Assembly (NCBI GenBank): GCA_023205875.1
Contig: CP060768.1
Span: forward strand, 124,001 to 188,000
DNA: 64,000 nt
Origin: Chloropicon primus
Taxonomy: Eukaryota
Direction: 5' to 3'
Shown here: one piece after another, positions 22,427 to 33,276 of the stretch
Position numbering within the stretch: the first letter of the stretch is position 1
Layout of the letters: the number at the start of each line of letters is the position of its first letter
Position numbers and translations under genes: made by a program
The notes under the pieces: generated by a model
Told to the model about the DNA's origin: nothing
Seen by the model: the letters and a program-made list of their open reading frames with translations, nothing else
Database searches by the model: none

Positions 22427-24684
22427 GAAGGACGAAGCAGGATCCTGCTGTAATGCAATGAAACAATTTTCTTATCCACGGTTGTCCATTGTCTTGCTTC
22501 CACAACAACCGAGTACGAGAGGTGGAGCAAGGTGAGGCAATGGACCATTACCGCCTTTCTCGTGTGATGGACCACAAACCGAACCCCTCCATCCTCCATC
22601 AGTGGACCATCACCCGCTCACTGGATCTTGACCGTCGGTTACTTTCCTCTCGCCCAATGTCGATGTAACGGAAATCTTGCAGCAGCGACTGGCGCCGCTG
22701 TGGTGACGAGGAGGACGAGGACGAGGACGAGTGAACCTGAGGGAGGGCGACCGACCGCGCAGTGGAGATGTTGGCGCCGGCGAGGAGGAGGACCCTCCAG
22801 TCTCACCCTTCGCCCGACCTCCCGACCTCAAGCGGCAAGACGACAACGGGCTTCGACGACGGCGACCAGAATTTTGGTGGGTACGATGCCGACAAGGTGT
22901 TCTACCGAAAGGCGTGGAGGACGATGACGGCGAGCAGGGTGGTGACGAGGCTGTTGGGACTCGCACTGGCGTCCGCCTTGCTGTTCTTTCTGCTGTACGA
23001 GCCCATGTCTGTGCCGCAGGCTGTGCGCATGGAGCAGAAGAACAAGGACAGGAGGGACCACAACAATTACGTGCACGAGCTTGAGGTCTCCCTGGACGCT
23101 GCAGGATCAGCAGGAACGCGGATCGAGCCCTTCTCGTGGAAACCGAGGGCCTTCACGATACACAACTTTCTCACGGAGGAGGAGTGCGACCACCTGGTGG
23201 CCCTGGCGGAACCAAAGCTGGAGGCGAGCAAAGTCGTTACGGACCACAAGGAGCGCAAGTCATCGTTATCGTCGGCGAGGACGAGCTACGGAACTTTCCT
23301 TCAGCGATACGCTGACGAGATTGTAGGACGAATAGAAGAGAAGGTAAGCGTGCTGCATTTCCACTCCCTCCTTTCCTCTCCCTGCCACCCCTCCCCGCGC
23401 GTGCGTGGGTGCACAACTTCGGTCACGGTGGCTTACTGATTGAACACGCGGCGCGTCTTGCTATCGATAGGTTGCCCTCCTGACGGGAGTTCCCGTCGCG
23501 AACGGCGAGAGTATGCAGATTCTGAGGTACGAGCTGCACCAGAGGTACACGAAGCACCCAGATACGCACCCCAGGGAGTACTTGAGGGACACGGATGGCA
23601 GGCAGAGGATAGCGACCATACTTCTGTACTTGTCTGACGTCGACGAGGGGGGGGAGACCAACTTCCCGATGGGGAAGATCTCGCGAGAGTACCGTGACGA
23701 GCATGGGGAGGGCGCCGACCAGGAGAATCGCGAGTGCGGCGGGTCCTTGCAGGCCGCTGTGAAGCCCAAGAAAGGGGACGCCCTGCTCTTCTTCGGCATG
23801 GATGGCCAGAACACGTACGAGGACCCCTACTCGCTCCACGAGGGCTGCCCCGTGCTCGCGGGCAGCAAGTGGTCCGCCACCATCTGGATGCACCAAGGAC
23901 GTTTCAGAGACATGGAGTATAGCCTGGTATCATCCGAAGTGTGCGAGGACAAGCACAAGAACTGCGAGCATTGGGCCAAGCAAGGGCAGTGCGAGGCCAC
24001 CGAAGCGTACATGAAATTGTATTGCAGGCTCAGCTGCGGCATTTGCCACAAGTGTCAAGAGGGAGACGTTCTCTGCGAGCGAAAGTACCGATTTGCGGGA
24101 GCCCAAGCGTGAGAAGGACGAAGCAGGATCCTGCTGTAATGCAATGAAACAATTTTCTTATCCACGGTTGTCCATTGTCTTGCTTCCACAACAACCGAGT
24201 ACGAGAGGTGGAGCAAGGTGAGGCAATGGACCATTACCGCCTTTCTCGTGTGATGGACCACAAACCGAACCCCTCCATCCTCCATCAGTGGACCATCACC
24301 CGCTCACTGGATCTTGACCGTCGGTTACTTTCCTCTCGCCCAATGTCGATGTAACGGAAATCTTGCAGCAGCGACTGGCGCCACTGTGGTGACGAGGAGG
24401 ACGAGGACGAGGACGAGTGAACCTGAGGGAGGGCGACCGACCGCGCAGTGAAGATGTTGGCGCCGGCGAGGAGGAGGACCCTCCAGTCTCACCCTTCGCC
24501 CGACCTCCCGACCTCAAGCGGCAAGACAACAACGGGCTTCGACGACGGCGACCAGAATTTTGGTGGGTACGATGCCGACAAGGTGTTCTACCGAAAGGCG
24601 TGGAGGACGATGACGGCGAGCAGGGTGGTGACGAGGCTGTTGGGACTCGCACTGGCGTCCGCCTTGCTGTTCTTTCTGCTGTTC
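22330..24684 (+). repeat. Near-identical direct duplication of about 670 bp (22330-22998 and 24016-24684, offset 1686 bp)
   Basis: P4H 3' end, intergenic spacer and next P4H 5' end are repeated with only a few substitutions. Confidence 0.92.
22768..24112 (+). CDS. Prolyl 4-hydroxylase + ShKT, copy 2 (intron 23344-23470)
   Basis: Same P4H motifs (HPD, SLHEGCPV, KWSATIWMH); N-terminal TM anchor. Confidence 0.9.
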
Positions 24685-25614
24685 GAGCAAGTAGAACTCG
24701 ATGACAGAGACCGCAACGTGTACGTGCACGAGCTTGAGGTCTCCCTGGACGCTGCAGGATCAGCAGGAACGTGGATCGAGCCCTTCTCGTGGAAGCCGAG
24801 GGCCTTCACGATACACAACTTTCTCACGGAGGAGGAGTGCGACCACCTGGTGAGCCGGGGCGAGGCCGAACTCGAAAGGAGCAGAACCAAGTCCACCGAA
24901 GATGGTGTGAGCAGGGTGGACAACATCCGGACATCCTATGGAAGCTGGATAGCCCGGTACGAGGACGAGATTGTGGGACGGATTGAAGAGAAGGTTGCCC
25001 TCCTGACGGGAGTTCCAGTTCCAAACGGAGAAGAGATTCAGATTCTGAGGTACGAGCAGCACCAGAGGTACGAGCCGCACAGGGACACCTTCCTCCGGGA
25101 GTTCTTGAGCGATGAAAGGGGCCGGCAGAGGATCGCGACCATACTTCTGTACTTGTCTGACGTCGACGAGGGGGGGGAGACCAACTTCCCGATGGGGAAG
25201 ATCTCGCGAGAGTACCGTGACGAGCATGGGAAGGGCGCCGACCAGGAGAATCGCGAGTGCGGCGGGTCCTTGCAGGCCGCTGTGAAGCCCAAGAAAGGGG
25301 ACGCCCTGCTCTTCTTCGGCATGGATGGCCAGAACACGTACGAGGACCCCTACTCGCTCCACGAGGGCTGCCCCGTCGTTGAGGGCACCAAGTGGTCCGC
25401 CACCATCTGGATGCATCAGGGGCATTCCTTGTGGGGAGAACATGGTTTGGACATGCTGAAGGGCAGGTGCCGGGACTACAACAGACGCTGCGAGTCTTGG
25501 GCGGACCGCGGGGAGTGTGTGACGAATGCCAGGTACATGAAAAGGACTTGCAGACGCAGCTGCGGCGTGTGCGAGGAGCGAAAGGACGACGCTTCAGGCA
25601 GCGGCAAGGCGTGA
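24454..25614 (+). CDS. Prolyl 4-hydroxylase + ShKT, copy 3 (intronless)
   Basis: Continuous ORF with HRD, SLHEGCPVVEGTKWSATIWMH and a ShKT cysteine pattern. Confidence 0.92.
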   Translation: MLAPARRRTLQSHPSPDLPTSSGKTTTGFDDGDQNFGGYDADKVFYRKAWRTMTASRVVTRLLGLALASALLFFLLFEQVELDDRDRNVYVHELEVSLDAAGSAGTWIEPFSWKPRAFTIHNFLTEEECDHLVSRGEAELERSRTKSTEDGVSRVDNIRTSYGSWIARYEDEIVGRIEEKVALLTGVPVPNGEEIQILRYEQHQRYEPHRDTFLREFLSDERGRQRIATILLYLSDVDEGGETNFPMGKISREYRDEHGKGADQENRECGGSLQAAVKPKKGDALLFFGMDGQNTYEDPYSLHEGCPVVEGTKWSATIWMHQGHSLWGEHGLDMLKGRCRDYNRRCESWADRGECVTNARYMKRTCRRSCGVCEERKDDASGSGKA

Positions 25615-25762
25615 CACGCATATCGTGAATGCTGTGACGACGGCGACGGCGACGGACGCCTGCGGAGAGAGGTGTTAGCACTTAAGGAACGTAATAAACG
25701 GACGACTTTATCGCAGACTTTAGCGTTGAGGCACTGGAGCGTATGGGCTTTCCCTCTCTCTC

Positions 25763-26448
25763 TCAAGCGGACGAGTCCGGCACGTGAATGTTGGTCAGCA
25801 GCTGGAACGCTGGTCCGTACTGCAACCCTGCCTTGTGCAGGGCATCGTACACCGCGACGGAGTCCCTTTTTTGTGTGCAGCAGGAGAAGGAACACAGGGA
25901 CAGAGACAAAGAGAGAGAGAGAGACCAAGTCAGTCAGACCAAGAGCCCGAGAAGTGCGACTTCGAGGGGGAGGAGGGCGGGGTCCTCACTCACCTCGGCA
26001 CCGTCGCCGAGACGCGTTGAGCGTCCGTGGACCTGTGCGCCATGTCGGCCCTCCTGCGCTTCTCCGCGAGGTGGTACGCCCTGAGAAGCTCCTGGAGAGC
26101 GTTCATGTCATCCCCGAGGAGCACCTTGGCCACCTCCGGGTCCTTGGACGCCTCCTCCAACCTCACAGGATCATCCCTTATCGCCCTTTTCGAGACGGCA
26201 AAGGAAGAGAGAGAGAGAGAAAAGAGAGAGCAAAAGGAAAAAAAACGTTTCAGCAAAGCGCACACACCCGAGGAGGAGAAAGCCATGCTCCACTCTTCCT
26301 CCTCCTCCTCCTCCTCGTCGTCGTCGTCGTCGTTGGTGTTGGTGTTCATCCTCTTCACTCCAATGGGAGGGACTTACTTTTGGAATGCGGCGGGGTCGAC
26401 GGCAGTTCCGTCTTCGTTCCTCGCGTAAGGATCCTTTCCAGTAGACAT
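25763..26448 (-). CDS. Small three-exon protein (about 121 aa) with a C-terminal PKS-dehydratase-like YxxL..xGLxYGPAF motif
   Basis: Exons 26448-26378, 26185-25994 and 25865-25763 are joined by GT-AG introns: MSTGKDPYARNEDGTAVDPAAFQKAIRDDP...VPRDSVAVYDALHKAGLQYGPAFQLLTNIHVPDSSA*. Confidence 0.75.
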
Positions 26449-26935
26449 AGTACTATGACAGACAAGAAGCAACACCCACGACGGCCGACGACGCTCGCTC
26501 TCTCTCTGTTCGCTCTGCTCTCTCTCTCGCCGCTTCGCATGAAAATAACGCTCTCCGAATGGACGAAACGCTCGCTCAGTTATAGGAACGTCACTAGTAA
26601 AATATTGTATACAGAGTCTGGTAGATTTCACGTAGAGTAACGTCGATAACGGATGTTTTGTGTTAGCGTTCGGGGAGTGAAATTAATGTAAAAACGGGAG
26701 GGGACGAGGGTTTTAGACCTAGAGACGAGTTTTGGCGACCGAGTTCGTGTTGAATTGTAGTTCGTCAGCGGGTTTCGGGTGCGCTCTTTGGTGTTCCAAG
26801 TGTTTTGACGCGTGCTTCGCGAAAGTTTGGCTCTCGATCTTTCGAAAGAGCCCTCGCTTGACGCGTTTGGTGCTCGTTCAGTGGGTCTCTCTCTCTCTCG
26901 AAGGTGAAGGTGAGGCAGGCAGGTGCGTGGGTGGG

Positions 26936-27544
26936 ATGGTCGAGGACAGCAATGGTGGTGGGGCGGTGGAGGAGGGGAGCGTCGAGGTCATCACGGGCTT
27001 CGTGGGGGGGCTCCCGAGGGAAATCTCGGACGAGGAGGTCCTGGAGAAGTTCAAGGAGTACGAAGGCCTGAGCGTGGACGTCAAGAGGTTCCGGAACACC
27101 CTGCAGTCGAGGGGGTACGGGTTCGTCGTGTTCAGGACGGAGGAGGGCTTGAAGCGAGCGATCGACGAGCTGCACGAGACGGAGGTCTTCGGGAGGGAGA
27201 TCTCTGTGGAGCGGGCGCTGCCGAAGCCTGAGTCGACCAAGGGGAAGGGGAGGAGGAGGCGCAGGGGGAGGCGAGACAGCGGAGAAGCCGCGGCGCCGGA
27301 GGGCGACCAGAGCTTCCTGTACGAGCAGGTGGACACCCTCTTGAAAGAGAAGGCGGAGATCGCCCAAGAGAACGCCCGACTCCTCGGCGAGGGTCGCACG
27401 ATGGCCAAGGAGCTGGAGATCCTCGGCGAGACCGCGGCGGCTCAGGCGAAGAAGTGCAAGGACTTGGAGAAGAAACTGAAGAGGTCCGAGGAGAAGGTGG
27501 AGGCCCTGGAGGCCGAGCTGAAGGACCTTCAGAAGGGGGGGTAA
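26936..27544 (+). CDS. RRM RNA-binding protein with C-terminal coiled coil
   Basis: RNP2 GFVGGL and RNP1 RGYGFVVF. Confidence 0.88.
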   Translation: MVEDSNGGGAVEEGSVEVITGFVGGLPREISDEEVLEKFKEYEGLSVDVKRFRNTLQSRGYGFVVFRTEEGLKRAIDELHETEVFGREISVERALPKPESTKGKGRRRRRGRRDSGEAAAPEGDQSFLYEQVDTLLKEKAEIAQENARLLGEGRTMAKELEILGETAAAQAKKCKDLEKKLKRSEEKVEALEAELKDLQKGG

Positions 27545-27644
27545 AGGCGCGGCGTCCGCCATCGAGTCCCAAAGGCCATAAAAATAAGTATGGAATACAA
27601 TCAATCAGTTTTCAATCTAGGACGAGCCATCTATAAATAAGTTA

Positions 27645-28358
27645 CTAGATCGAGAAGAACGAGTAGGAGTGGTCGCCGCCGACACCACCGCGCAGTGTCC
27701 CGGTCCGCCCTTGAGTCGAGTGCACGCACACGAAGTTGCCTCCGCTCTCCGATACGCCCACGACGGCGACGTCGAACTTCGGCCGCTCGGCCGCTCTCTT
27801 TGATCCGCGGACGTCCCTCCTGCACAGTGGGCACGACGCGTTGCGCGCGAGCCACGCCCCCAAGCACCTCTCGTGGAATATGTGGCCGCAGTGGGGCAGC
27901 TCCGCCACCTCGTCCCCATCGCCGAACCTTGCCATACAGACGCAGCACTCGGTGTTGCTATACTTGTCTTCGGTCTTCTTCGGACCCGACGCGTGGTAGG
28001 AGAACCTTCGAAGGGGAACGACGGCAGTGCTGACGGCCTTCCGCTCCAGCGAGGTCCCGTCCTCGAGACTCCCGCCACCCTGACCCGTCCTCCTCCTCCA
28101 CAAGCCCGTCCTCTTCCTCCAGCACCAGGTGAGTTGTGCTATGGTGATGCCGACGGCGAAGAGCACGACCGCGGGAATGATGATGACGGTCATGGGGTGG
28201 TGATGGGCGCCATGCTTTCCCAGGCTCTTGACGTAAGAATCGATCGCATCCGTCGCCGTGGCGTTCAACTCGTACGCCCAAAACGGCTCTATCTCATCGA
28301 TCTCTACGATCTCTGTGAAGTTGCCCACCATCTGTTCCGTAACGTTCGAGGTCTGCAT
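27645..28358 (-). CDS. ATL-like RING-H2 E3 ubiquitin ligase with TM helix
   Basis: ECCVCMARF...LPHCGHIFHERCLGAWLARNASCPLCR; upstream hydrophobic helix. Confidence 0.9.
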   Translation of the reverse strand: MQTSNVTEQMVGNFTEIVEIDEIEPFWAYELNATATDAIDSYVKSLGKHGAHHHPMTVIIIPAVVLFAVGITIAQLTWCWRKRTGLWRRRTGQGGGSLEDGTSLERKAVSTAVVPLRRFSYHASGPKKTEDKYSNTECCVCMARFGDGDEVAELPHCGHIFHERCLGAWLARNASCPLCRRDVRGSKRAAERPKFDVAVVGVSESGGNFVCVHSTQGRTGTLRGGVGGDHSYSFFSI

Positions 28359-28736
28359 CCTTTTCCTTCTTTCGATGGAGTGAAGCAACCACGCGGGTGG
28401 CGCGAGCGTCCAAGACAAAAGTGTTGTCTCGAAAGGCTCCCGCCATCACCTCTCGCCCATCACCTCGGTCCCCGTCTCTCACCCCGTCACGCGCGTGACC
28501 CCTCCTCCTCTCGGGGGGTCACGGGCAAAATGGCCGGGAGGAAATCTCCTGCTCCTGTTGCTGCAGCCCGTAACCGCCTTGCCTTTGGACCAAAACCAAG
28601 GAGAGGGAGAGGTTTTGAGGGAAACTGCGCTGCACCCCGCAACCCGCAAGAGGCTTGCTTGTGAAAGGTTGTTAAATTACATTGTTGTTGTTGTTGTTGT
28701 TGTTGCTTTCTCCCTTCCTCCCCTGCTCGTCGTGGA

Positions 28737-31700
28737 TCAAAAACTGATATCCTGGTACTCGTCGTCGTCATTGCCTTGCTGCGGGAAGTCCCAGCTGCTT
28801 GTCGGGGGTGCCTGGCCAGCGTCTTGGGCGGGATCGGTGGGAGGTACCTCGCCCGGAGGCTTGTCGTCCGAAGGGTTGCTGCCGAAAGCCATCGGCATGG
28901 GCTCCGGCATCAAAGGCGCCGGGTCCGCGGCTGCCCCCCCGTCCGAGGCGTCCACCGCTGCCGGCATGAACATCGCAGGGGAAGCTCCTGAGTCTGGCGC
29001 CGCGGCTTCCTGGGTTTCGGTGGCCGAGCTCTCCTCCCCCGCAGCTGGAGCAGGTGGCATGAACACGGACGGGGAAGACCCGTCCGAAGGAGGCTTGAAC
29101 ATCGTGGCAGAGGCGCCGAAACCCGGCACGAGGGGCTTGGAAGGGGCAGCGCTCGAGCTGGAGCCCCCTCCAGACGACGCCCCGGTGTTGAAGGTGTCCA
29201 CGTACCTCGATCTCACCGACCTCCTGTCTCTCGGCGCTGCAGGAGCGGCGGGGGGCGGAGGACCTCCAGTGGGCACGCTGGCCTCGGGCTTGGCGTCGTC
29301 CGCCGCGGGAGCGGCCGGCGCGAAAGAAGCCGAGGTGGGCGGGGGTGGCAAGGCCCCTCCCGCTTTGGGGGGATCCTTGCCCTTCTCGCGCCACACTTTG
29401 AGGTCCTCGTCGAAGAAGAAGGTGTTCTCTTCCTGACCCAGCTTTGCTTCCTTGGAAGGATCGCTGACGCTGCTTCGTATCAGGTTTCCAAAGGACGATA
29501 GAGCCCCCCGGAACAGGTTTCCTCCGGAACCAGTACGGGCGTGGCTGCTGGCCTTCGTCGCACCAGCCTGCTTCTTCTCACCATTCGCCTGCTCCTGGCT
29601 GGGCTTTGCTGGGGCCTGGGCACTCGGCTGGCCCGCCGGCTCCTGCGGTGGTGCTTGGTGGTACTGCTGCTGCTGCTGCTGCTGCTGCCCCTGGGGAACC
29701 TGGAACATTCGCGGGGTCCCCTCGTTGCTGTTGGTGTCACCCATCACCAGCGAGGTGATTCCCCTGTCAAGCCAACCCAAGATCTTGTTGCCAATGTTTC
29801 CGATGTTTCCGATGTTCCCCCCAGAGTTATGCAGCCTCTCCATCAGGGTCTCTGCCGTGTACTTGCACAGTGTGAGCTCAGGCGTCAGCTTTCCCGTGCC
29901 CAGTTTTCCGAGCACGGCTTGAATGTATTTCGCCCCCCCGTTCAAGTTCCCCAATTCCAGGAGCTTGGTGGCGTACAAAAGCTTGTAGGGCTGGAACGCG
30001 TACGACACGTATTGGTTGTTCTGCTGCGTTATCAACCACTCGTAAACTTCGGTGAGAAGGATGAACTTTGTGTGCAGGGATCGGAACCTCATGGTATCAA
30101 GTCCAACCAAGCACAGCTTGGAAGTCTCCGTGTAGGGCTCAAGTTCGTAGCACCCCAAGATGTAGCACAAATGCGCGGCAAAGGTATCGCTGGAAACGAG
30201 ATCGTCACCGAGCTGCTTGATCCCCAGATTCTTCCATTCTTTTCTGTTGTTTGCTAATATACAAAGCGCTTTCTTCCACGAAGACAGTGGTGAGGAGGCG
30301 CCTTCCGCGTACGAGGAATAGGGAGAAGGGGATGCCTCTGCCGGCGTGGCGTTCTTGTCCTTTCCAGCGCTGTTAAGAAACCCGAAGCCCGATCCCGAGT
30401 CTCCACCAAAGAAGCCGCTGCTGCTCCTCTGGTGGTTGGAATCGCCCTGGCCGCTCAAACTGTTCAGCGAGGAAGAGGAAGCATTTCGAGCTGGGCCACT
30501 CGACTCAGCGACGCTGTTGATCAGCCTCTCAAGAGGGCTGTCCTTCACTAGACACGTGTTGGTCATCGCGGAAACGATCTCGCAGTACTTCTCCTTTCCC
30601 ATGGTTTGCGCCAGAACAAGGGCGGGGCCCCACACCTGACCTTGGATCGCCACTTGCAGTGCTTCCAAGCTTTTTCCCTGGCACAAAAGACTCTGCATCT
30701 GGCCCGCCGCTTCGGCGGAATCGAGTTGCTGGAAGCCGGTCTTCAAAGGGGATTCGCCCAGGTTGCTGTTGTAATAGTCACTGCCCGGCGCGGCAGCACC
30801 GTTTTGGGCCCCGTTCCCCTCCTCCGAGAGCAAAATCTCCGCGATCTGCTTGCACAAGTCAGGGTGAGGCAGCTTTGATAGCTTTTCACAATGCTGGACC
30901 AGTACATTCAGGACTTTCGTGCATGTCAGCTCGCTTGCGTTGCCGCTTCCTTTATACTTCTCCGAAAAGAATTTCAGAAGTGTTGATTTGACTTGTCCCT
31001 GCCTCATACTCGACAACGGGCCAGAAAACGCGTCCATGAGGTCTCTCTCATCAGAGAACCGTGATTGAACCCCCGCAGGACAACTCTCCTGGATGTATTC
31101 CCCCATCCCAACGACCTTGATCTGCTGCAGCTGTGGGGAGTACAAGCACAGCCGCCCTCCGAATCCAAAGGCGGCCATGGCACACGCAGGCCTGCCATGA
31201 GTCCCGCTGCCGCTTCCTCCGCCCGAAGCTGGTTGAGATGGTTGAAAGCTGGTATAATGCTGTTGCTGCATCCCGCTCGGAGGTCCGGGTTGATACATTT
31301 GATCCGGAGCATTTTGGTACTGCATTTCACTGGGCACCATCGGAGCGGGATTCTGCCCATTCTGCCCGTTGTAGTTGGAGTAAGAATCCCACCCGCTTGA
31401 AGTGGCTGGCTGGGATGAAGCAGAGGCCTCGTGCGAATTGGCTTGCGGCACCATCAAAGTCGGCGCTGCCTGATTTGGCGGGGCGCTTGATGACGACGAT
31501 GCACCCAAAGGAACGGGCATCATCATGGCAGGCTGCTGCGGCTGCCCATAAGTCTGTGGCTGGTCATAAGTCTGCGGCTGCCCATAAGTCTGCGACTGGT
31601 CCACGTTCGAGTAACTGTTGTAACCCCCACCATAATCTGCGCCAGTCGAATACGCGTTGTTGTTGTTATTGTACATCCCACCTTCTTGATAGAACTGTTG

Positions 31701-32672
31701 CTGCTGTTGCTGCGGCTGATACAGTTCGGGCTGCTGCTGCGGCTGCTGCTGCTGCTGCGGCACCGGAGGTTGGTACACTTCCGGCTGCTGTTGCTGAGAA
31801 TAATCGTAAGCTTCCTGCCGATAAGCTTCCGGTTGCTGCTGCTGCTGCTCCGCGTAACCGTAGGGCGAAGTCGTCGAGTAGTCAAAATTGTTGCTCAAGT
31901 CACTCCCTTGACTCTGCTGGTGCGAGTGGGCATACGACTGGTAGCCGCTCTCAGCGCCGCCGTACCCTTGTTGCTCCTGGCCGCCCCCCGCTTGATATTC
32001 CGCGACGGGGGTCTGGTCCTGCGCAGTCTGCGAGCCGCTTCCATAGTTGTCGAAGAAATCCGCTTCACTGGTGCCCTGGGTCGCCCCGAAAGGCCCGCTC
32101 GCAGCATCCCCTCCGTAGGTCGGTGGTGTCTGCACCTCCTGGTACGTCTGCTGCACTTGCGGGTTGAACACGGCCACCTCATCCTCGGCATGCAGGTACT
32201 CTGACTTGTGATGGGCTTGGAGATCATTCTTCACCTGACCCGTGTGCTCCACCCTCCCTGCATTTGCATTCCCTCCCTCGTAGCCGTCAAAATACGAGGC
32301 GCCTCCGTCAGCCTCCGTCCCTCTCGCGAGCTTCTCCGTCACTCCAAACGCCGCAGCGACCGAACCCGTCGCCTGCTCCTCCTGTTGCTGCTGCTGGCGA
32401 CCACCGAACAAGTCGTCCTCATCATCATCCGCGTTCCCAAATGGATTCGAAGCCGCGAGAGAGTACGTCAACTCTTCCACCTCCTCCTCCACCTGAATCC
32501 CTTTCCCTTCCGGAGGAGGAGAAGGAGAAGCATCTCGAGCAAGGGACACGAAAACTTTCTCAGGCTCGTCGCCGTCGCCGTCAGCGGTTACGTCCCCCCT
32601 CTCCGCCGTTACGTCCTCCTCCTCGTCAAGGCGGTCCCCCTCCTTCAACTCCTCGTCCTCCACCGACTCCAT
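28737..32672 (-). CDS. SEC16: COPII scaffold protein Sec16
   Basis: HGRPACAMAAFGFGGRL, AAHLCYIL, LTEVYEW, FQPYKLLYA, AKLGQEENTFFFDEDLKVWREKG, VRSRYVDTFN. Confidence 0.88.
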   Translation of the reverse strand: MESVEDEELKEGDRLDEEEDVTAERGDVTADGDGDEPEKVFVSLARDASPSPPPEGKGIQVEEEVEELTYSLAASNPFGNADDDEDDLFGGRQQQQQEEQATGSVAAAFGVTEKLARGTEADGGASYFDGYEGGNANAGRVEHTGQVKNDLQAHHKSEYLHAEDEVAVFNPQVQQTYQEVQTPPTYGGDAASGPFGATQGTSEADFFDNYGSGSQTAQDQTPVAEYQAGGGQEQQGYGGAESGYQSYAHSHQQSQGSDLSNNFDYSTTSPYGYAEQQQQQPEAYRQEAYDYSQQQQPEVYQPPVPQQQQQPQQQPELYQPQQQQQQFYQEGGMYNNNNNAYSTGADYGGGYNSYSNVDQSQTYGQPQTYDQPQTYGQPQQPAMMMPVPLGASSSSSAPPNQAAPTLMVPQANSHEASASSQPATSSGWDSYSNYNGQNGQNPAPMVPSEMQYQNAPDQMYQPGPPSGMQQQHYTSFQPSQPASGGGSGSGTHGRPACAMAAFGFGGRLCLYSPQLQQIKVVGMGEYIQESCPAGVQSRFSDERDLMDAFSGPLSSMRQGQVKSTLLKFFSEKYKGSGNASELTCTKVLNVLVQHCEKLSKLPHPDLCKQIAEILLSEEGNGAQNGAAAPGSDYYNSNLGESPLKTGFQQLDSAEAAGQMQSLLCQGKSLEALQVAIQGQVWGPALVLAQTMGKEKYCEIVSAMTNTCLVKDSPLERLINSVAESSGPARNASSSSLNSLSGQGDSNHQRSSSGFFGGDSGSGFGFLNSAGKDKNATPAEASPSPYSSYAEGASSPLSSWKKALCILANNRKEWKNLGIKQLGDDLVSSDTFAAHLCYILGCYELEPYTETSKLCLVGLDTMRFRSLHTKFILLTEVYEWLITQQNNQYVSYAFQPYKLLYATKLLELGNLNGGAKYIQAVLGKLGTGKLTPELTLCKYTAETLMERLHNSGGNIGNIGNIGNKILGWLDRGITSLVMGDTNSNEGTPRMFQVPQGQQQQQQQQYHQAPPQEPAGQPSAQAPAKPSQEQANGEKKQAGATKASSHARTGSGGNLFRGALSSFGNLIRSSVSDPSKEAKLGQEENTFFFDEDLKVWREKGKDPPKAGGALPPPPTSASFAPAAPAADDAKPEASVPTGGPPPPAAPAAPRDRRSVRSRYVDTFNTGASSGGGSSSSAAPSKPLVPGFGASATMFKPPSDGSSPSVFMPPAPAAGEESSATETQEAAAPDSGASPAMFMPAAVDASDGGAAADPAPLMPEPMPMAFGSNPSDDKPPGEVPPTDPAQDAGQAPPTSSWDFPQQGNDDDEYQDISF

Positions 32673-33276
32673 TGCGATGCTCTGCTCGCTCGACGCCTCT
32701 TCGGTGACCCAAATGAGAGCCAACTCTTTCCAACGAGGTGTCGATCGAAAGATATCGACGAGACGCTTCCGCCTCGTGTCTCTCCCTTGACACCTACCCC
32801 TTTCCCTGCGCTCCAGTCCCCGCGCAGAGCCACCTCTCCTCCCGTCGCGTCGCCCCTCCTCGCGCGCTGATCGATATCGCGATCACTCCTTCGATCGATC
32901 GAGGCGCCGCCGACGGAGAAGCGCGCGAGAGAGGGAGCGAAGGGCGGCGACAAGGGGGGGGAGAGACCAAGCGGAAGCGATCAAGTGAAGCGTCTGGTCG
33001 AGATCTTTCGTTTGATACTTTTTGTGACTCGTTTGAGGTTCATTTGGGTCACCGAAGGGGAGGATTGAGATCTGCGAGGTGCTGGGAGGTCCTGAGACCG
33101 AAGAGGGAGGGAGGTTTGGAGCGAGAAGCGGCGGGGAAGGAGACGGAGAGGGAGGGAGCCGAGTCCATCACGTCAAGAGTTTGTTCGAGATCTTTCGTTT
33201 GATACTTTTTTTGTGCCTCGTCGTCGTTTGGGATTGAGAGGGAAGAGGTTTTGAGAGGTTCTGATTCCGGCCGGCC

